Shown here: positions 1 to 10,198 of the stretch, in pieces
How positions within the stretch are numbered: position 1 is the stretch's first letter
Layout: every line of letters starts with the position of its first letter
Assembly (NCBI GenBank): GCA_963665125.2
Contig: CAXXUK010000002.1
Span: forward strand, 736,001 to 800,000
Length of the DNA stretch: 64,000 bases
Direction: 5' to 3'
Origin: an uncultured Desulfarculus sp.
GTDB lineage: Bacteria; Desulfobacterota; Desulfarculia; Desulfarculales; Desulfarculaceae
Notes under the pieces: generated by a model
Seen by the model: only the letters and a program-made list of their open reading frames with translations
What the model was told of the DNA's origin: nothing
Database searches by the model: none
Program-made: the position numbers and the translations under genes

Positions 1-1318
1 CGGCCGGTTTGCGGCCACCGCGGCCCCTGCCACCGCCACCGCCACTACCGCCACCGCCCGGCCTGGACGGACCGCCTGACCTTGGCCTGCGGGGCGGCAT
101 GCCCGTGTGGTCTGGGAGGAACATGTCGTCATCGGCCCAACTCACCGGGATTTTTTCGCCCAGGTATTCCTCAACATAGGGCAGGTGGGTGGCGTACTTG
201 TCGCAGCAAAGGGTGATGGCCTTGCCCACGGCTCCGGCCCGGGCCGTGCGGCCCACGCGGTGAACGTAGTCTTCAGGGTCGGCCGGGATGTCGAAATTGA
301 TCACGTGGCTGACGTCATCGACATGCAATCCGCGGGCGGCCACGTTGGTGGCCACCAGAATCTTGAGTTCGCCATCCTTGAACTGTTTGACCAGGCTCTG
401 GCGCTTGCGTTGGGTCAGGTCGCCGCTGATGCCCTCGGCGGGCAGGCCATGGCCCTGTAGCTTGTGAGTGATGATGTCCACGGCGCGCTTGGTGTTGGTA
501 AAGATCATCACCCTGTGCCAGTCCTCTTTTTGGAGGATGCCCAGCAGCAGGTTGATCTTTTCGTGGGCCGAGCAGTGATACATCTCCTGCTCGACCTTTT
601 CAACGGTGCGCTGGTCCGGTGTCACCGAGACCTTTTCCGGCATGTTCATGAACTCGTAGGTCAGCTCGATGACCCGGTAGCCCAAGGTGGCTGAAAACAG
701 CATGGACTGGCGCTGGTCATAGGACGGCAGACGGCGCATGATCCAGCGCAGATCGGCGATGAATCCCATGTCGAACAGGCGGTCGGCCTCGTCGATGACC
801 AGGTGCCGGATATGGCGCAGGTCCAGGAATTTCTGCTTGATGTAGTCGATGGCGCGGCCCGGAGTGGCCACCACGACGTCAACTCCCTCGCGCAGGGTGC
901 GGGCCTGTTTCTGGTAATCCACGCCGCCGTATATCGCGGCCATGTCAAGGCCGGTGTGCCTGCCGATGAGCATGGCGTCGTCATATATCTGAAGGGCAAG
1001 CTCACGGGTGGGCGCGATAATCAAGGCTCCCGGCTCATGGGGCTTGCGCTGGTCATCCCTGAGCATGTGAGCGAATACCGGCACCAGGAAGGCGGCGGTT
1101 TTTCCCGTGCCCGTCTGGGCTTCTCCGGCAACGTCCTTGCCCTGCAGGGCTATGGGGATGGTTTGATCTTGAATGGGCGTACAACGGAAGTAGCCCGTAT
1201 CATGCAGACCCCTAAGTAAGGGCTCGGGCAGATCGAAATCGACGTAGGGTGTTCCCTGGGCCAGATCCGAACCGCCTTGGTCCGCGTTGTCTTGTTGTTC
1301 TATGTGATCGTCATTCAT
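1..1318 (-). CDS. DEAD-box ATP-dependent RNA helicase (RhlB/RhlE-like); 3' end runs off the window
   Basis: Not in the ORF track because it has no stop in the window. Manual translation from ATG 1318 gives [45 protein letters not shown] and a Gly/Arg-rich tail. Confidence 0.93.
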   Translation of the reverse strand, partial: MNDDHIEQQDNADQGGSDLAQGTPYVDFDLPEPLLRGLHDTGYFRCTPIQDQTIPIALQGKDVAGEAQTGTGKTAAFLVPVFAHMLRDDQRKPHEPGALIIAPTRELALQIYDDAMLIGRHTGLDMAAIYGGVDYQKQARTLREGVDVVVATPGRAIDYIKQKFLDLRHIRHLVIDEADRLFDMGFIADLRWIMRRLPSYDQRQSMLFSATLGYRVIELTYEFMNMPEKVSVTPDQRTVEKVEQEMYHCSAHEKINLLLGILQKEDWHRVMIFTNTKRAVDIITHKLQGHGLPAEGISGDLTQRKRQSLVKQFKDGELKILVATNVAARGLHVDDVSHVINFDIPADPEDYVHRVGRTARAGAVGKAITLCCDKYATHLPYVEEYLGEKIPVSWADDDMFLPDHTGMPPRRPRSGGPSRPGGGGSGGGGGRGRGGRKPA

Positions 1319-1365
1319 AGCGAAATATTGTACATTTCCCACGGGCGGGCGGCAACAGCATACAA

Positions 1366-1794
1366 TCAATCTGCCGAACTAACCTGTTTTATCTCAACAT
1401 TCCAGACCTTGCAGTCGTATTTCGCGCAGTCCACGGCCCTGGAAGCGTAGGTCAGTTTGCCATCTTCGAAATAGACCCAGTGGGGCTCGGCCTCGGCGTG
1501 CGAGAAGGCGATTTCGCTCATGCCCAGGGTCACCAGGCCGGCGATGCTGCGGCCCAAAAGCTTGCTGGGGCAGTTTGGCGTATCGGCCACCATTTCGTAT
1601 TGCCAGACTACGAACTTACCGTTTTGCTTGGGGAATTGGACCATCTTCACGGCTTCGGGAGGCCCAAGCTGTTGCTGGACCTGGTCCGGTGTCATACCTG
1701 TCTTGACTTTGGCCAGATTTTCCTTGGCGCCCATGGCGCAACCGGCCATGGCCAGCATTGTGATAAATATCAGCGCCAGTTTTGCCCGTTTCAT
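1366..1794 (-). CDS. Putative lipoprotein (SmpA/BamE-like motif)
   Basis: Signal peptide with lipobox [22 protein letters not shown] motif. Confidence 0.65.
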   Translation of the reverse strand: MKRAKLALIFITMLAMAGCAMGAKENLAKVKTGMTPDQVQQQLGPPEAVKMVQFPKQNGKFVVWQYEMVADTPNCPSKLLGRSIAGLVTLGMSEIAFSHAEAEPHWVYFEDGKLTYASRAVDCAKYDCKVWNVEIKQVSSAD

Positions 1795-1863
1795 GGCATC
1801 TCCTAATTAATTGAGGCCTGTTCCGGCCCTTTTCGCCCTCTGTTGGCCCCGCCGGAAGGCTTG

Positions 1864-2880
1864 CTACAGCTTGCGGCCTTCCGACTGAGCCCGGGCTGCG
1901 ATAATTTCCGCGGCAATGCTCACGGCTATTTCCTGGGGCGTGCGGGCCCCGATGGACAGCCCGATGGGACAATGAACCATCTCCAGAGTATGATCGTCAA
2001 AGCCGTCCTGCGCAAGCCCTTCATATACTTCTTGTTTTTTTCTGGACGAGCCGATCATGCCCACATAGACGGCCCCTCGTCCCAGGACCTGGGTCAGGCT
2101 TTGCCGGTCCAATTGGTGGGTACGGGCCATACACACTACATAGTCATTGATTCCGGGGCCTTCCGGGCCGAAGGGCTGGTCAAAGGGCCGCAGCAAAAAG
2201 GCGTCGGCAGCCTTTGCCGCCGGTGAGTTTGCCGCCTGGGGCAGGTCGTCGCCCACCACCACCCGGAAGTCCAGAGTGGCCATAAGCGGAGCCAGGGCCG
2301 CGGCCACATGGCCCGAACCCAGGATAAACACCGCCGGGGCCGGGCTCAGGGGCAGGCTGAAGAACATATCTTGGCCAAGTGAGGCCATCTCCGGCTTGGC
2401 TGGAGGCTGCCAGCCGGCCGGAGCAAAGCCCTCGGGCGGGACTCCGGCCATGACGCCTTCAGGGCCCAGCAGCAGATGCCCCGGCCCGGATGTCAGGGTC
2501 AACAGGTGGCACTGGCCGCCCCGGTTCAGGGTTTCGGCGGCCGCCTCGAACACGGCCTTGGCCCCGGCGTCGGCGGCCATGATTGGATCGATCAGGACGT
2601 CAACGTCACCGCCGGAGTCCACGGGTTCGGCCAGGCCGGATTGGACCCTAAACGACAGCAAAATCGGCGAGCTGTCTTGCAAGGCCCCCGGAGCCGCCTG
2701 GCAGACCTGGTGCTCCAGCGAACCGCCGCCGATGCTGCCCCCCGTGGCCAGACCATCGGCGATGATCATCGCCGCGCCGGGGTCGCGGGGGGCGGTGCCC
2801 CGTTTGGCCGTGAGATAGGCCAGGCAAAAGTCTTGTTTTCGCTCAAATAAGCCGTTGATCTTGTCCAGGAGCTTGTGCAT
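1864..2880 (-). CDS. xdhC: XdhC/CoxI family molybdoenzyme maturation factor
   Basis: GTAPRDPGA, GSIGGGSLE, GSGHVA, YVGMIGS, PIGLSIGARTPQEIAVSIAAEII. Confidence 0.9.
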   Translation of the reverse strand: MHKLLDKINGLFERKQDFCLAYLTAKRGTAPRDPGAAMIIADGLATGGSIGGGSLEHQVCQAAPGALQDSSPILLSFRVQSGLAEPVDSGGDVDVLIDPIMAADAGAKAVFEAAAETLNRGGQCHLLTLTSGPGHLLLGPEGVMAGVPPEGFAPAGWQPPAKPEMASLGQDMFFSLPLSPAPAVFILGSGHVAAALAPLMATLDFRVVVGDDLPQAANSPAAKAADAFLLRPFDQPFGPEGPGINDYVVCMARTHQLDRQSLTQVLGRGAVYVGMIGSSRKKQEVYEGLAQDGFDDHTLEMVHCPIGLSIGARTPQEIAVSIAAEIIAARAQSEGRKL

Positions 2881-2900
2881 CAGCTTTCCAGATTGAATAA

Positions 2901-3353
2901 TTACTTTTCCTCGGGGCGGACAATCAACACCGAGCAGGGCGCCCGGCGGACCATGCGCCGGGCCACCGAGCCGAACATCAACTCATTGAGGGCTCCGGCG
3001 CCGTGAGAGCCCAGGACCAATAGCGAGGCGTTGCGCGCCTGGCACAGGCCCAACAGCTCCCGGCTGGGATCGCCGTCAAGGATCTTGGTTTCGATCTTGT
3101 CCGGCGCGGCATTGTCCTGGCTCAGGATTTCCATCTCCCGCTGGGCGGCCTGGAGCATATCCCTGTGCAGATCCACTGATAGCTGGCCCAGTTGCACCTC
3201 GTCCAACAGCGGCGTGGGCGCCACCAGCGGCGGAATGACATGGACCACGATCAGGGGAAGACCCCGTTGGACGGCCAGGCGCATGGCCTCGGCCACTCCC
3301 CGCCTGGCGGCGGAAGAAAAATCAGTCGCAGCGACTATCGGACCTTCACTCAT
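2901..3353 (-). CDS. Universal stress protein (UspA family)
   Basis: IVAATDFS, LLVLGSHG, FGSVARRMVRRAPCSVLIVR; start moved to MSEGP at 3353. Confidence 0.9.
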   Translation of the reverse strand: MSEGPIVAATDFSSAARRGVAEAMRLAVQRGLPLIVVHVIPPLVAPTPLLDEVQLGQLSVDLHRDMLQAAQREMEILSQDNAAPDKIETKILDGDPSRELLGLCQARNASLLVLGSHGAGALNELMFGSVARRMVRRAPCSVLIVRPEEK

Positions 3354-3403
3354 TTTTTTCCTCCGGACGTATTTATAAACAAACCGCTCAATGGTTACTA
3401 TGG

Positions 3404-4657
3404 TTACTGGGGATTGGCGGGGGGCCTGTTCCAGGCCTCGATCAGCAAATCCTTGCGCTCCTCGAACAGACGGGCCTGTTGCTCCACCAACTCCTCGGCT
3501 TCCTGTGACGACATGTTCAGGCTCTCCTTGACGAAAGAGGCCACCCTGGCGAAGTACAGCGGCGTGCACAACTCCACCAGACGCATGCGGTTGGCTTCCC
3601 ACGCGTGATACGTGGCGGCCAGTTCATACATTATTTCGATCCACACCTCGGTGGGCAGGGAAAATTCTTCCAATGGGGCCTGGGCCGCCTTGGCCACGGC
3701 CTTGTAGGTGGAATCGGGCAGGATGCTTTGCCACAGCGGGCCGAACTGCTGGTAGCCGGTGCGGAAATTTTCCAGCAGGTTGTCGAGGTTGACATTGACC
3801 GGCTCGGGCTCGCCCATGGAACCGAAGTCAAAGGTTTCCACGGCTTCGCTGCCGGAAATGGTTTTCCAATGTTCTTCGTAGCGCTCCATAAGAGAGAACA
3901 GGGTCCACACCACCTGGCGGAACATGGGAGCCAGATGCACCGAGGGGTCCTTGGCGTCGTGGATCTTCACGCCCAGGTTGGACTGGCAGACCTTGAAGCC
4001 ATGGGTGATGGCGCTGGTGGTCATCCAGATATCGATGCCGTAACGGGCGACCTCGGAACCCCAGACATCCTGCTCGCAATAAAACTTGGCCAGGTCGGCG
4101 GTGATGGCGAAGTCGCCGCCGATGGGCTGGCGCACCCGCTTGCCGTACAGGGCCCGGGTCATGTTGTAGACGATGTTGTTGGTGATGGTGCCGTCGTATT
4201 TGTGGCGCAGGTACACCGGGGCCACGAACTGGTAGCCCTTTTCCAGCACCGGGTCCAGCAAGTACTTGACCCAGTCGCCGGTGATGGAGCGCAAGTCCGA
4301 GTCGACCATGCCGCAAGCGATTACCTTGAGCCGCACGGCCGCCTCAAAGATTGACCGCAGGGCGGTGCCCTTGCCTCCGGGACCCCTGTAGATGCTGACT
4401 ATCTTTTCCTGCCATGGCTTGATCTCGAATTCCCGGGCCGCTTCCCTGGTGTCGTCCGTGGAGCCGCCGTCGGCGATAAGGATAACGCTGCGTTTGTCGC
4501 CGTAATGCTCGGCCAGACCGTGGGTCAGGCTTTGGACCACGTGGACAATGGTGTCCTGATTGTTAAAACAGGGGATGCCCATGAGGATGTCCGCCGAGCC
4601 GATTTCCTCGATGCGCTTGGCCGTGTAGCCTCTCAGAGCGGTTTGATAAGCCATCAT
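3404..4657 (-). CDS. GT-A glycosyltransferase of the glucosylglycerate/mannosylglycerate synthase-like family
   Basis: GIPCFNN, DGGSTDDT, GKGTALR, VDSDLRSI, RHKYDGTITN, RQPIGGDF, YGIDIWMT, KIHDAKDP. Confidence 0.8.
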   Translation of the reverse strand: MMAYQTALRGYTAKRIEEIGSADILMGIPCFNNQDTIVHVVQSLTHGLAEHYGDKRSVILIADGGSTDDTREAAREFEIKPWQEKIVSIYRGPGGKGTALRSIFEAAVRLKVIACGMVDSDLRSITGDWVKYLLDPVLEKGYQFVAPVYLRHKYDGTITNNIVYNMTRALYGKRVRQPIGGDFAITADLAKFYCEQDVWGSEVARYGIDIWMTTSAITHGFKVCQSNLGVKIHDAKDPSVHLAPMFRQVVWTLFSLMERYEEHWKTISGSEAVETFDFGSMGEPEPVNVNLDNLLENFRTGYQQFGPLWQSILPDSTYKAVAKAAQAPLEEFSLPTEVWIEIMYELAATYHAWEANRMRLVELCTPLYFARVASFVKESLNMSSQEAEELVEQQARLFEERKDLLIEAWNRPPANPQ

Positions 4658-5580
4658 GACTCCTTTGGGTTAGGTTTATCAAATGGCGTTGCATGATCCG
4701 CGACCGCGCCGGCAAGCCTGGGGGCCGGGGGCAGGTCGTTTTTGTAGACCACGGTGCGGTACGGAAACGGTATTTCCACGCCCGTGGCGTCAAAGCGTTT
4801 CTTGACGCTTTCCAAAAGCCAGTATTTGGCCGCCCATGAGCCGTCCATGTCGCTGGTCCAGATATAGAGGCGCAGCACAATGGAAGACTCGGCCCAATCC
4901 ACAACCTTGACCCAGGGTTCCTGGGATTCGGGCATGCGGTGGGGGCATTTCATGGCCTCGTCCATCATCAGCTTTTTGGCCAAGTCTATATCTGTATCGT
5001 AACTGACTCCCATCTCAACCGTGCATAGAATTCTCGGATCGATGATGGTCAGGTTGGTAATGGTCATCTGGTCGATTTGCTCGTTGGGGATGATCAGCCG
5101 TTTGTTTTGCCATGTCATTACGATGGTGTGGCGCAGGGTTATGTCCTCCACCGTGCAATACTGTTCGTCGAGCATCAGCTTGTCGCCGATTCTGAAAGGT
5201 CGGTAAAAGGCGATGGCGATTCCCGATACGAAATTGGCCAATGTGGGTTTGGCCGCGAAGCCGATCACCAGCGCCGTGATACCCGCGCCGGCGATCAGGG
5301 TTGTCACCAGGGTGCGCAACTGCGGGATGAGGCTAATGTATATGAAAACCGCCACCAGGATCAGCAGCAGGGTTTTCATGTGCACCAGATAGCGCACCAT
5401 GGTTTCGTCTAAGCGGCGCTTGAGGTGGCCCTTGGCCCATTTGGGTTCTTCCTCAATCAGCTTGGTCAACGCCTTGTTTACTATGGCCGTGGCTATGGCG
5501 ACGATTATGGCAAGAAAGACCGCGCCTTCGGTGGTGCCGAAATTCAGCAGATTGGACCAGTTGATGAAATTAAGATTCAT
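4654..5580 (-). CDS. mscS: Small-conductance mechanosensitive channel (MscS family)
   Basis: Three TM segments; GFAAKPTLANFVSG, RPFRIGD, IIPN, VSYDTD, GVEIPFP. Confidence 0.9.
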   Translation of the reverse strand: MNLNFINWSNLLNFGTTEGAVFLAIIVAIATAIVNKALTKLIEEEPKWAKGHLKRRLDETMVRYLVHMKTLLLILVAVFIYISLIPQLRTLVTTLIAGAGITALVIGFAAKPTLANFVSGIAIAFYRPFRIGDKLMLDEQYCTVEDITLRHTIVMTWQNKRLIIPNEQIDQMTITNLTIIDPRILCTVEMGVSYDTDIDLAKKLMMDEAMKCPHRMPESQEPWVKVVDWAESSIVLRLYIWTSDMDGSWAAKYWLLESVKKRFDATGVEIPFPYRTVVYKNDLPPAPRLAGAVADHATPFDKPNPKES

Positions 5581-5592
5581 ACGCGAACTGTC

Positions 5593-6657
5593 CTATAACC
5601 ACTTTTTCTTTTTGAAAAAGATCAACAGCCCCAGCGCCACTCCGCCCATGGCCGCAAGGGCCACCGGATAGGCGTAGGGCAGGTCAAGTTCGGGCATGTA
5701 TTTGAAATTCATGCCGTAAAGACCGGCGATGAATGTCAGCGGTATGAATATCGAGGCGATTACCGTGAGCACGCGCATTACTTCGTTGGTGCGGTAGCCC
5801 ATGACGCTCAGGTGCAGTTCCACCAACCCGGAGACCTGCTCGCGTATGGAGTCGGCCAACTCGACGACCTGGGTGGTGTGGTCGTAAAGATCGCGCAGGA
5901 ACGGTTCCACGGCCGGACTGAACAGGCCGCTTTCGTCGCGTTCCAGATGAGCGGTCACTTCCCGCAGGGGCCATAACAGCCTGTGCAGGCGGCCGGCCTG
6001 GTTTTTGATTTCGTAGAGGGTGTTGGGCGACACACCGGCAGGATTGCGGAGCACTTGTTGCTCGATGGGCTCGGCGACCGCGATAAGGTCGGCCATGGTG
6101 ATGAAGTAGCTGTCCACAATGGAATCCAGCACGGCGTAGGTCAGGTAATCGATACCATGGGTCGGCAGGCGGCCCCGGCCCTGCCGCAGCCGGTCCATGA
6201 CCCCGTCCAGTTGCCTGCTGGGTCGCTCCTCAAAGGTGATCAGCCAGTCCGTTCCCATGACGATGCTGACGTGGTTGGTGTTGATCCTTATGCTTTTTTC
6301 ATCGAAATCCAGCAACCGGATCACCATGAACAGGTAATCGTCAAATTCCTCGGTTTTGGGCCGGTGGGCCGTGTTTGTTACGTCTTCCAGCAGCAACTGG
6401 TGCAGACTGAATATTTCGCCGGCTTTTTTGATCGCATCCAGTGAAGCGAGGCCCGTCATGCGAATCCACAGGCGCCGTCCGTCTTTGAGGGGGGCGCTCA
6501 GGTTGGCGGCCGGGATGTTTTCCTGCAAAATAAAATCGTCTTTGTCGTAGACCGCCATGTCTATGGAGGTTTCCAGCTGGTCGTCAGGAGGTGGAGTGAG
6601 GGTGCCCGGCGGCAGGGCGGCCCTGGCGGAGAGCTTTTTCAGGAGATTGAATTGCAT
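5593..6657 (-). CDS. corA: Magnesium/cobalt transporter CorA
   Basis: LLEDV..HRPK, NEVMRVLT, FIAGLYGMNF.YMPEL. Confidence 0.95.
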   Translation of the reverse strand: MQFNLLKKLSARAALPPGTLTPPPDDQLETSIDMAVYDKDDFILQENIPAANLSAPLKDGRRLWIRMTGLASLDAIKKAGEIFSLHQLLLEDVTNTAHRPKTEEFDDYLFMVIRLLDFDEKSIRINTNHVSIVMGTDWLITFEERPSRQLDGVMDRLRQGRGRLPTHGIDYLTYAVLDSIVDSYFITMADLIAVAEPIEQQVLRNPAGVSPNTLYEIKNQAGRLHRLLWPLREVTAHLERDESGLFSPAVEPFLRDLYDHTTQVVELADSIREQVSGLVELHLSVMGYRTNEVMRVLTVIASIFIPLTFIAGLYGMNFKYMPELDLPYAYPVALAAMGGVALGLLIFFKKKKWL

Positions 6658-6750
6658 TACAACGCACTCCTGCGAAATGCCCCGGCCCTTGGCGGCCGAA
6701 GCGCAAATAGAGTTTTTGGGGCTCCGTGATCGGGAGACCCGGTGAGGTGC

Positions 6751-8244
6751 CTATGGCATGGGCGCGCTTGTTAAAAGGAACTTGAGGTCATCGTCGCTGA
6801 AGAAGAAACCGCCGCCCAGGAAGGCCGTGCCCTGTCCGTAGTCGTTGAACACATCGTCATAACCGGCGGTGACGTAGAAATACTTCAGGAACTTGTAGTC
6901 GGCCCGCAGCTTGAGGTGCGGTTTTTCATCCGTGCGGAAGTCATACAACTCGGCGCTGACTCGGAGGTCGTCTTCGAACAGCAGGTAATCGACGCCGAAG
7001 CCGCCTTTTGACTCGAACAGGCCCGCCCTGACGATCAGATCGTAAAATCTTTTGCCGATCTGGGCGTTGAAGGTCATGTCGTCCTTGTCAATGGTGATCT
7101 GGCGTACGGTCCTGGTGCTTTCAACACCGTCTATGTTGGTTTTGGTATGGGTAATGGTCTCGCGGCGTTTGCCCACGGGGTTGTCGACAAAGCCCACCAG
7201 GTAGAACTTGTCCACCCTGGGCTGGAAGATGACGTTGAGCTCGCTGCGAAGGGCCTCCTGCTGGAACATGTATTCACCGCGGTAGTCCACCATCAGGTGC
7301 CAGGCGTCGGCCCTGCCGATGTAGTCGTTGATTCCGGTCAGAGCTTCGTCGATCTTGTCGATGGTGGTGTCGTCGTTGACCAGACGGCCGATGGTGCCCT
7401 TGCCTTCATTGATCTTCTGGGACACCTCGTTAAGTGAGGAAATGGCCTCGTTAAGCTCCTTGATAGTCTGGTCGTTGTTGACCAGTTGACCTATGGAACC
7501 CTTGCCCTGGTCGATTTTGGCCAGCACGGAATTGAGGCTGACCATGGTTTGTTCCATCTTGTCGCTGGCGGTGGCGAAGTTCTGGATGGTCTTGGTCAGG
7601 GCGTCCTTGTTTTCGGAGCTTATCGAACTCAAATCGCCGGTGAAGCGGTCCAGATTGGCGATGATCTGGTCCAGGCGCTGCTGGTTGTCGGCCACCACGA
7701 CCTTGAGCGAGGCCGAGATATCGTTGATGTTGGCCAGGGCCTCCTTGATGTTTTGCTGGCTCTCCGGCGAGGCCAGGCTGACCTTGAGCGAGGCGGTGAT
7801 GGATTTGATGTCGTCGGCCACCTGGCCGATGCTCGACATGACCTGGTCCAGGTCCGTGGGCACCTTGGCCACCACCAGGCGCTGGCCGTCTTGCAACAGC
7901 GGCGCGCCGGGAGAGCCTCCCTCGATGCTCATGTATTTGTCGCCCAGGACGCCGCGGGTGCGGATGTAGGCCGCCACGTTGGCGGGAAGGGGGACGTCCT
8001 CTCGGATGCGCATGCTGATCTTGGCCCGGCCTTCAAAGAGGCTGATGCTCTCCACCCGGCCGATCTGGATGCCGGCCATTTCCACAGGGGCGTCCTTGCG
8101 CAGGCCCGCGGCGGAGTCGAAGATAGACCATATCTGGTAACCGGGCGGCTCGCCAAACTGGAAGCTGCCCAGCCGTATGGTCATGTAGCCGAGCAGGGCG
8201 ACGGCCACCACAACAAAGATGCCGACTTTTACTTCAGTGGACAT
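6751..8244 (-). CDS. mlaD: Long MlaD/MCE protein with helical rod and C-terminal beta-rich domain
   Basis: N-terminal TM, AAGL..APVEMAGIQIGRV, GVLGDKY, repeated GKGSIGQLVND, beta-strand-patterned C-terminus. Confidence 0.85.
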   Translation of the reverse strand: MSTEVKVGIFVVVAVALLGYMTIRLGSFQFGEPPGYQIWSIFDSAAGLRKDAPVEMAGIQIGRVESISLFEGRAKISMRIREDVPLPANVAAYIRTRGVLGDKYMSIEGGSPGAPLLQDGQRLVVAKVPTDLDQVMSSIGQVADDIKSITASLKVSLASPESQQNIKEALANINDISASLKVVVADNQQRLDQIIANLDRFTGDLSSISSENKDALTKTIQNFATASDKMEQTMVSLNSVLAKIDQGKGSIGQLVNNDQTIKELNEAISSLNEVSQKINEGKGTIGRLVNDDTTIDKIDEALTGINDYIGRADAWHLMVDYRGEYMFQQEALRSELNVIFQPRVDKFYLVGFVDNPVGKRRETITHTKTNIDGVESTRTVRQITIDKDDMTFNAQIGKRFYDLIVRAGLFESKGGFGVDYLLFEDDLRVSAELYDFRTDEKPHLKLRADYKFLKYFYVTAGYDDVFNDYGQGTAFLGGGFFFSDDDLKFLLTSAPMP

Positions 8245-8308
8245 AAGAGGTTTTGCCTCCCAAAAAGCCTAGAGACTATTAAAGCACAGTAATAGTCCCC
8301 AAGGCCAA

Positions 8309-9073
8309 TTACAACACATGTATGGGGCCTTCGGCCCTGCCGGTCAGGAACTGCTGCACAACGGGATCGTCGCAATTGCGGATCTCGTCCGGAGTGCCAC
8401 CGGCGATTATCTTACCTTCATAAAGCATGCTGATCTTGTGCGCTATTTTAAATGCCCCCTCGATGTCATGGCTGATGACCACCGAGGTGATGCCCAGGCG
8501 CTCTTGGGTGTCGGCGATGAGCCGGTTTATGGCGTCGGTCATCAGCGGGTCCAGGCCGGTGGTGGGCTCGTCGTAGAGGATGATCTCCGGCTCCAGGGCG
8601 ATGGCCCGGGCCAGGCCCACCCGCTTGCGCATGCCGCCGCTGAGCTCCGAGGGGATCTTTTTTTCCACGCCGGGCAGGCCCACCTGGGCCAGCTTTTCGG
8701 CCACGATGTCGGCGATCTCCGCCCGGGAGAGCTTGGTGTGTTCCCGCAGGGGAAAGGCCACGTTTTCAAACACGTTCATGGAGTCGAAAAGGGCCGCGTC
8801 CTGGAACAGCATGCCAAAGCGCCGCCGGGCCTTGTTCAATTGGCGGTCGTCCATTTGGCTGATGTCGTCTCCGGCCACGATGACCTGGCCGCTGTCGGGC
8901 TTTATCAGGCCGATCATATGCTTGAGGATGACGCTCTTGCCGCCGCCCGAGCGCCCGATGATCACGGTGGTGCAGCCCTTGGGCACATCCAGGTTCACCC
9001 CCCGCAGCACATGCTGGGTGCGGAAGCTTTTGTTTATATCCTTAAGCTGGATTATGGGTTGGCTAGCCGTCAC
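8309..9073 (-). CDS. mlaF: MlaF-type ABC transporter ATPase
   Basis: GRSGGGKS, LSGGMRKRVGLARA, YDEPTTGLDP; lies between mlaE and mlaD. Confidence 0.92.
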   Translation of the reverse strand: MTASQPIIQLKDINKSFRTQHVLRGVNLDVPKGCTTVIIGRSGGGKSVILKHMIGLIKPDSGQVIVAGDDISQMDDRQLNKARRRFGMLFQDAALFDSMNVFENVAFPLREHTKLSRAEIADIVAEKLAQVGLPGVEKKIPSELSGGMRKRVGLARAIALEPEIILYDEPTTGLDPLMTDAINRLIADTQERLGITSVVISHDIEGAFKIAHKISMLYEGKIIAGGTPDEIRNCDDPVVQQFLTGRAEGPIHVL

Positions 9074-9081
9074 CGCATACC

Positions 9082-9855
9082 TCAGAACATTATCGCCGTA
9101 AGCACGTAGTCGGCGGCCAGGATCATCACGCTGGCCATGACCACGGCTTGGGTAGTTGCGCGGCCCACGCCCTCGGCGCCGCCGTAAGTGTAAAAGCCCT
9201 TGTAACAGCCGACGATGGACAGGATCAACCCGAAGACCCCGGCCTTGATCAGACCCATGCCGATATCGTTGAATTCCAGATACTCGAGGATCTTGGCCGT
9301 GAAGATTCCTTCGTCGATGCCCAGGATGCCCACGCCGACGATGTAGCTGCCCACAATGCCCACGAAATCCGCCACCACGGTTAGGATCGGCAGCATGATT
9401 ACGGCGGCGATGACCCTGGGCAGGATCAGATACTGGATCGGGTTGACGGCCATGACGTACATGGCGTCGATCTGCTCGGTCACCCGCATGGTGCCCAACT
9501 CGGCGGCCATGGCGCTGCCGGCCCGGCCCGTGACCATAAGCGAGGTCAACACCGGGCCCAGCTCACGGGTGAGGGCCAGGGCCACGGTGGAGCCCACCAG
9601 GCTCTCGGCGCCGAAAAGCGAAAAACCGTGATAGCTCTGCAGGGCGAACACGCCGCCGGTAAAGGCGCCGGTGAGCACCACGACGTTGATGCTTTTGTTG
9701 CCCACGAACTCCATTTGCTTGAAAAGCAGCCGGGGCCGCCAAGGGGGGCGGATGAGCCAGAGCAGGGCCTGGAACAAAAGCAGAATTATTTCACCGGCTT
9801 CGCTCAGGCTACTCATGGTTTTTCTGCCGATGATTTCAAATGGGCGAGTAAGCAC
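9082..9855 (-). CDS. mlaE: MlaE family permease
   Basis: RELGPVLTSL, GRAGSAMAAELGTMRVTEQIDA, GAEGVGRATT. Confidence 0.93.
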   Translation of the reverse strand: MLTRPFEIIGRKTMSSLSEAGEIILLLFQALLWLIRPPWRPRLLFKQMEFVGNKSINVVVLTGAFTGGVFALQSYHGFSLFGAESLVGSTVALALTRELGPVLTSLMVTGRAGSAMAAELGTMRVTEQIDAMYVMAVNPIQYLILPRVIAAVIMLPILTVVADFVGIVGSYIVGVGILGIDEGIFTAKILEYLEFNDIGMGLIKAGVFGLILSIVGCYKGFYTYGGAEGVGRATTQAVVMASVMILAADYVLTAIMF

Positions 9856-9992
9856 GCAAGCTCCCTGAGCAATTGTTTATGCAGCCGTATGCCGCGGGCC
9901 CGCATAATGGCCGTGAACAGACTTCGTCAGCTCACTATAATTTTCAGCGGGCCTCAGGTCAAGAAAGCCTGCAAGTAATTTTAATTACATTA

Positions 9993-10021
9993 TTGACGCA
10001 TTAGAGGGTGGTTGTTAACTT
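9993..10021 (+). promoter_or_regulatory. Sigma70-like promoter of the thi leader
   Basis: TTGACG-N17-TAACTT immediately upstream of the riboswitch. Confidence 0.55.
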
Positions 10022-10028
10022 TGGCAAA

Positions 10029-10121
10029 AGCCGGGGGGTGTCCGGCATGGACTGAGAGCGCCTATTAGCGCGGCGCGACCCCTAGAACCTGATCCGGGTA
10101 ATACCGGCGTAGGGAACGGCC
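10029..10121 (+). promoter_or_regulatory. TPP (THI-box) riboswitch
   Basis: GGGGTG..CTGAGA..ACCC..GAACCTGATCCGGGTAATACCGGCGTAGGGAA upstream of thiD-thiC. Confidence 0.95.
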
Positions 10122-10155
10122 GCCATGCAACGACATTGCCAAGTCATTTTGTTAT

Positions 10156-10188
10156 GGGGCCGCCCGGGCGGTTCCATTTTTTATTTTG
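10156..10188 (+). terminator. Riboswitch-associated hairpin with T-rich tail (expression platform)
   Basis: GGGGCCGCCCGGGCGGTTCC followed by ATTTTTTATTTT just before the thiD RBS. Confidence 0.55.
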
Positions 10189-10198
10189 GGGAGGGCCG

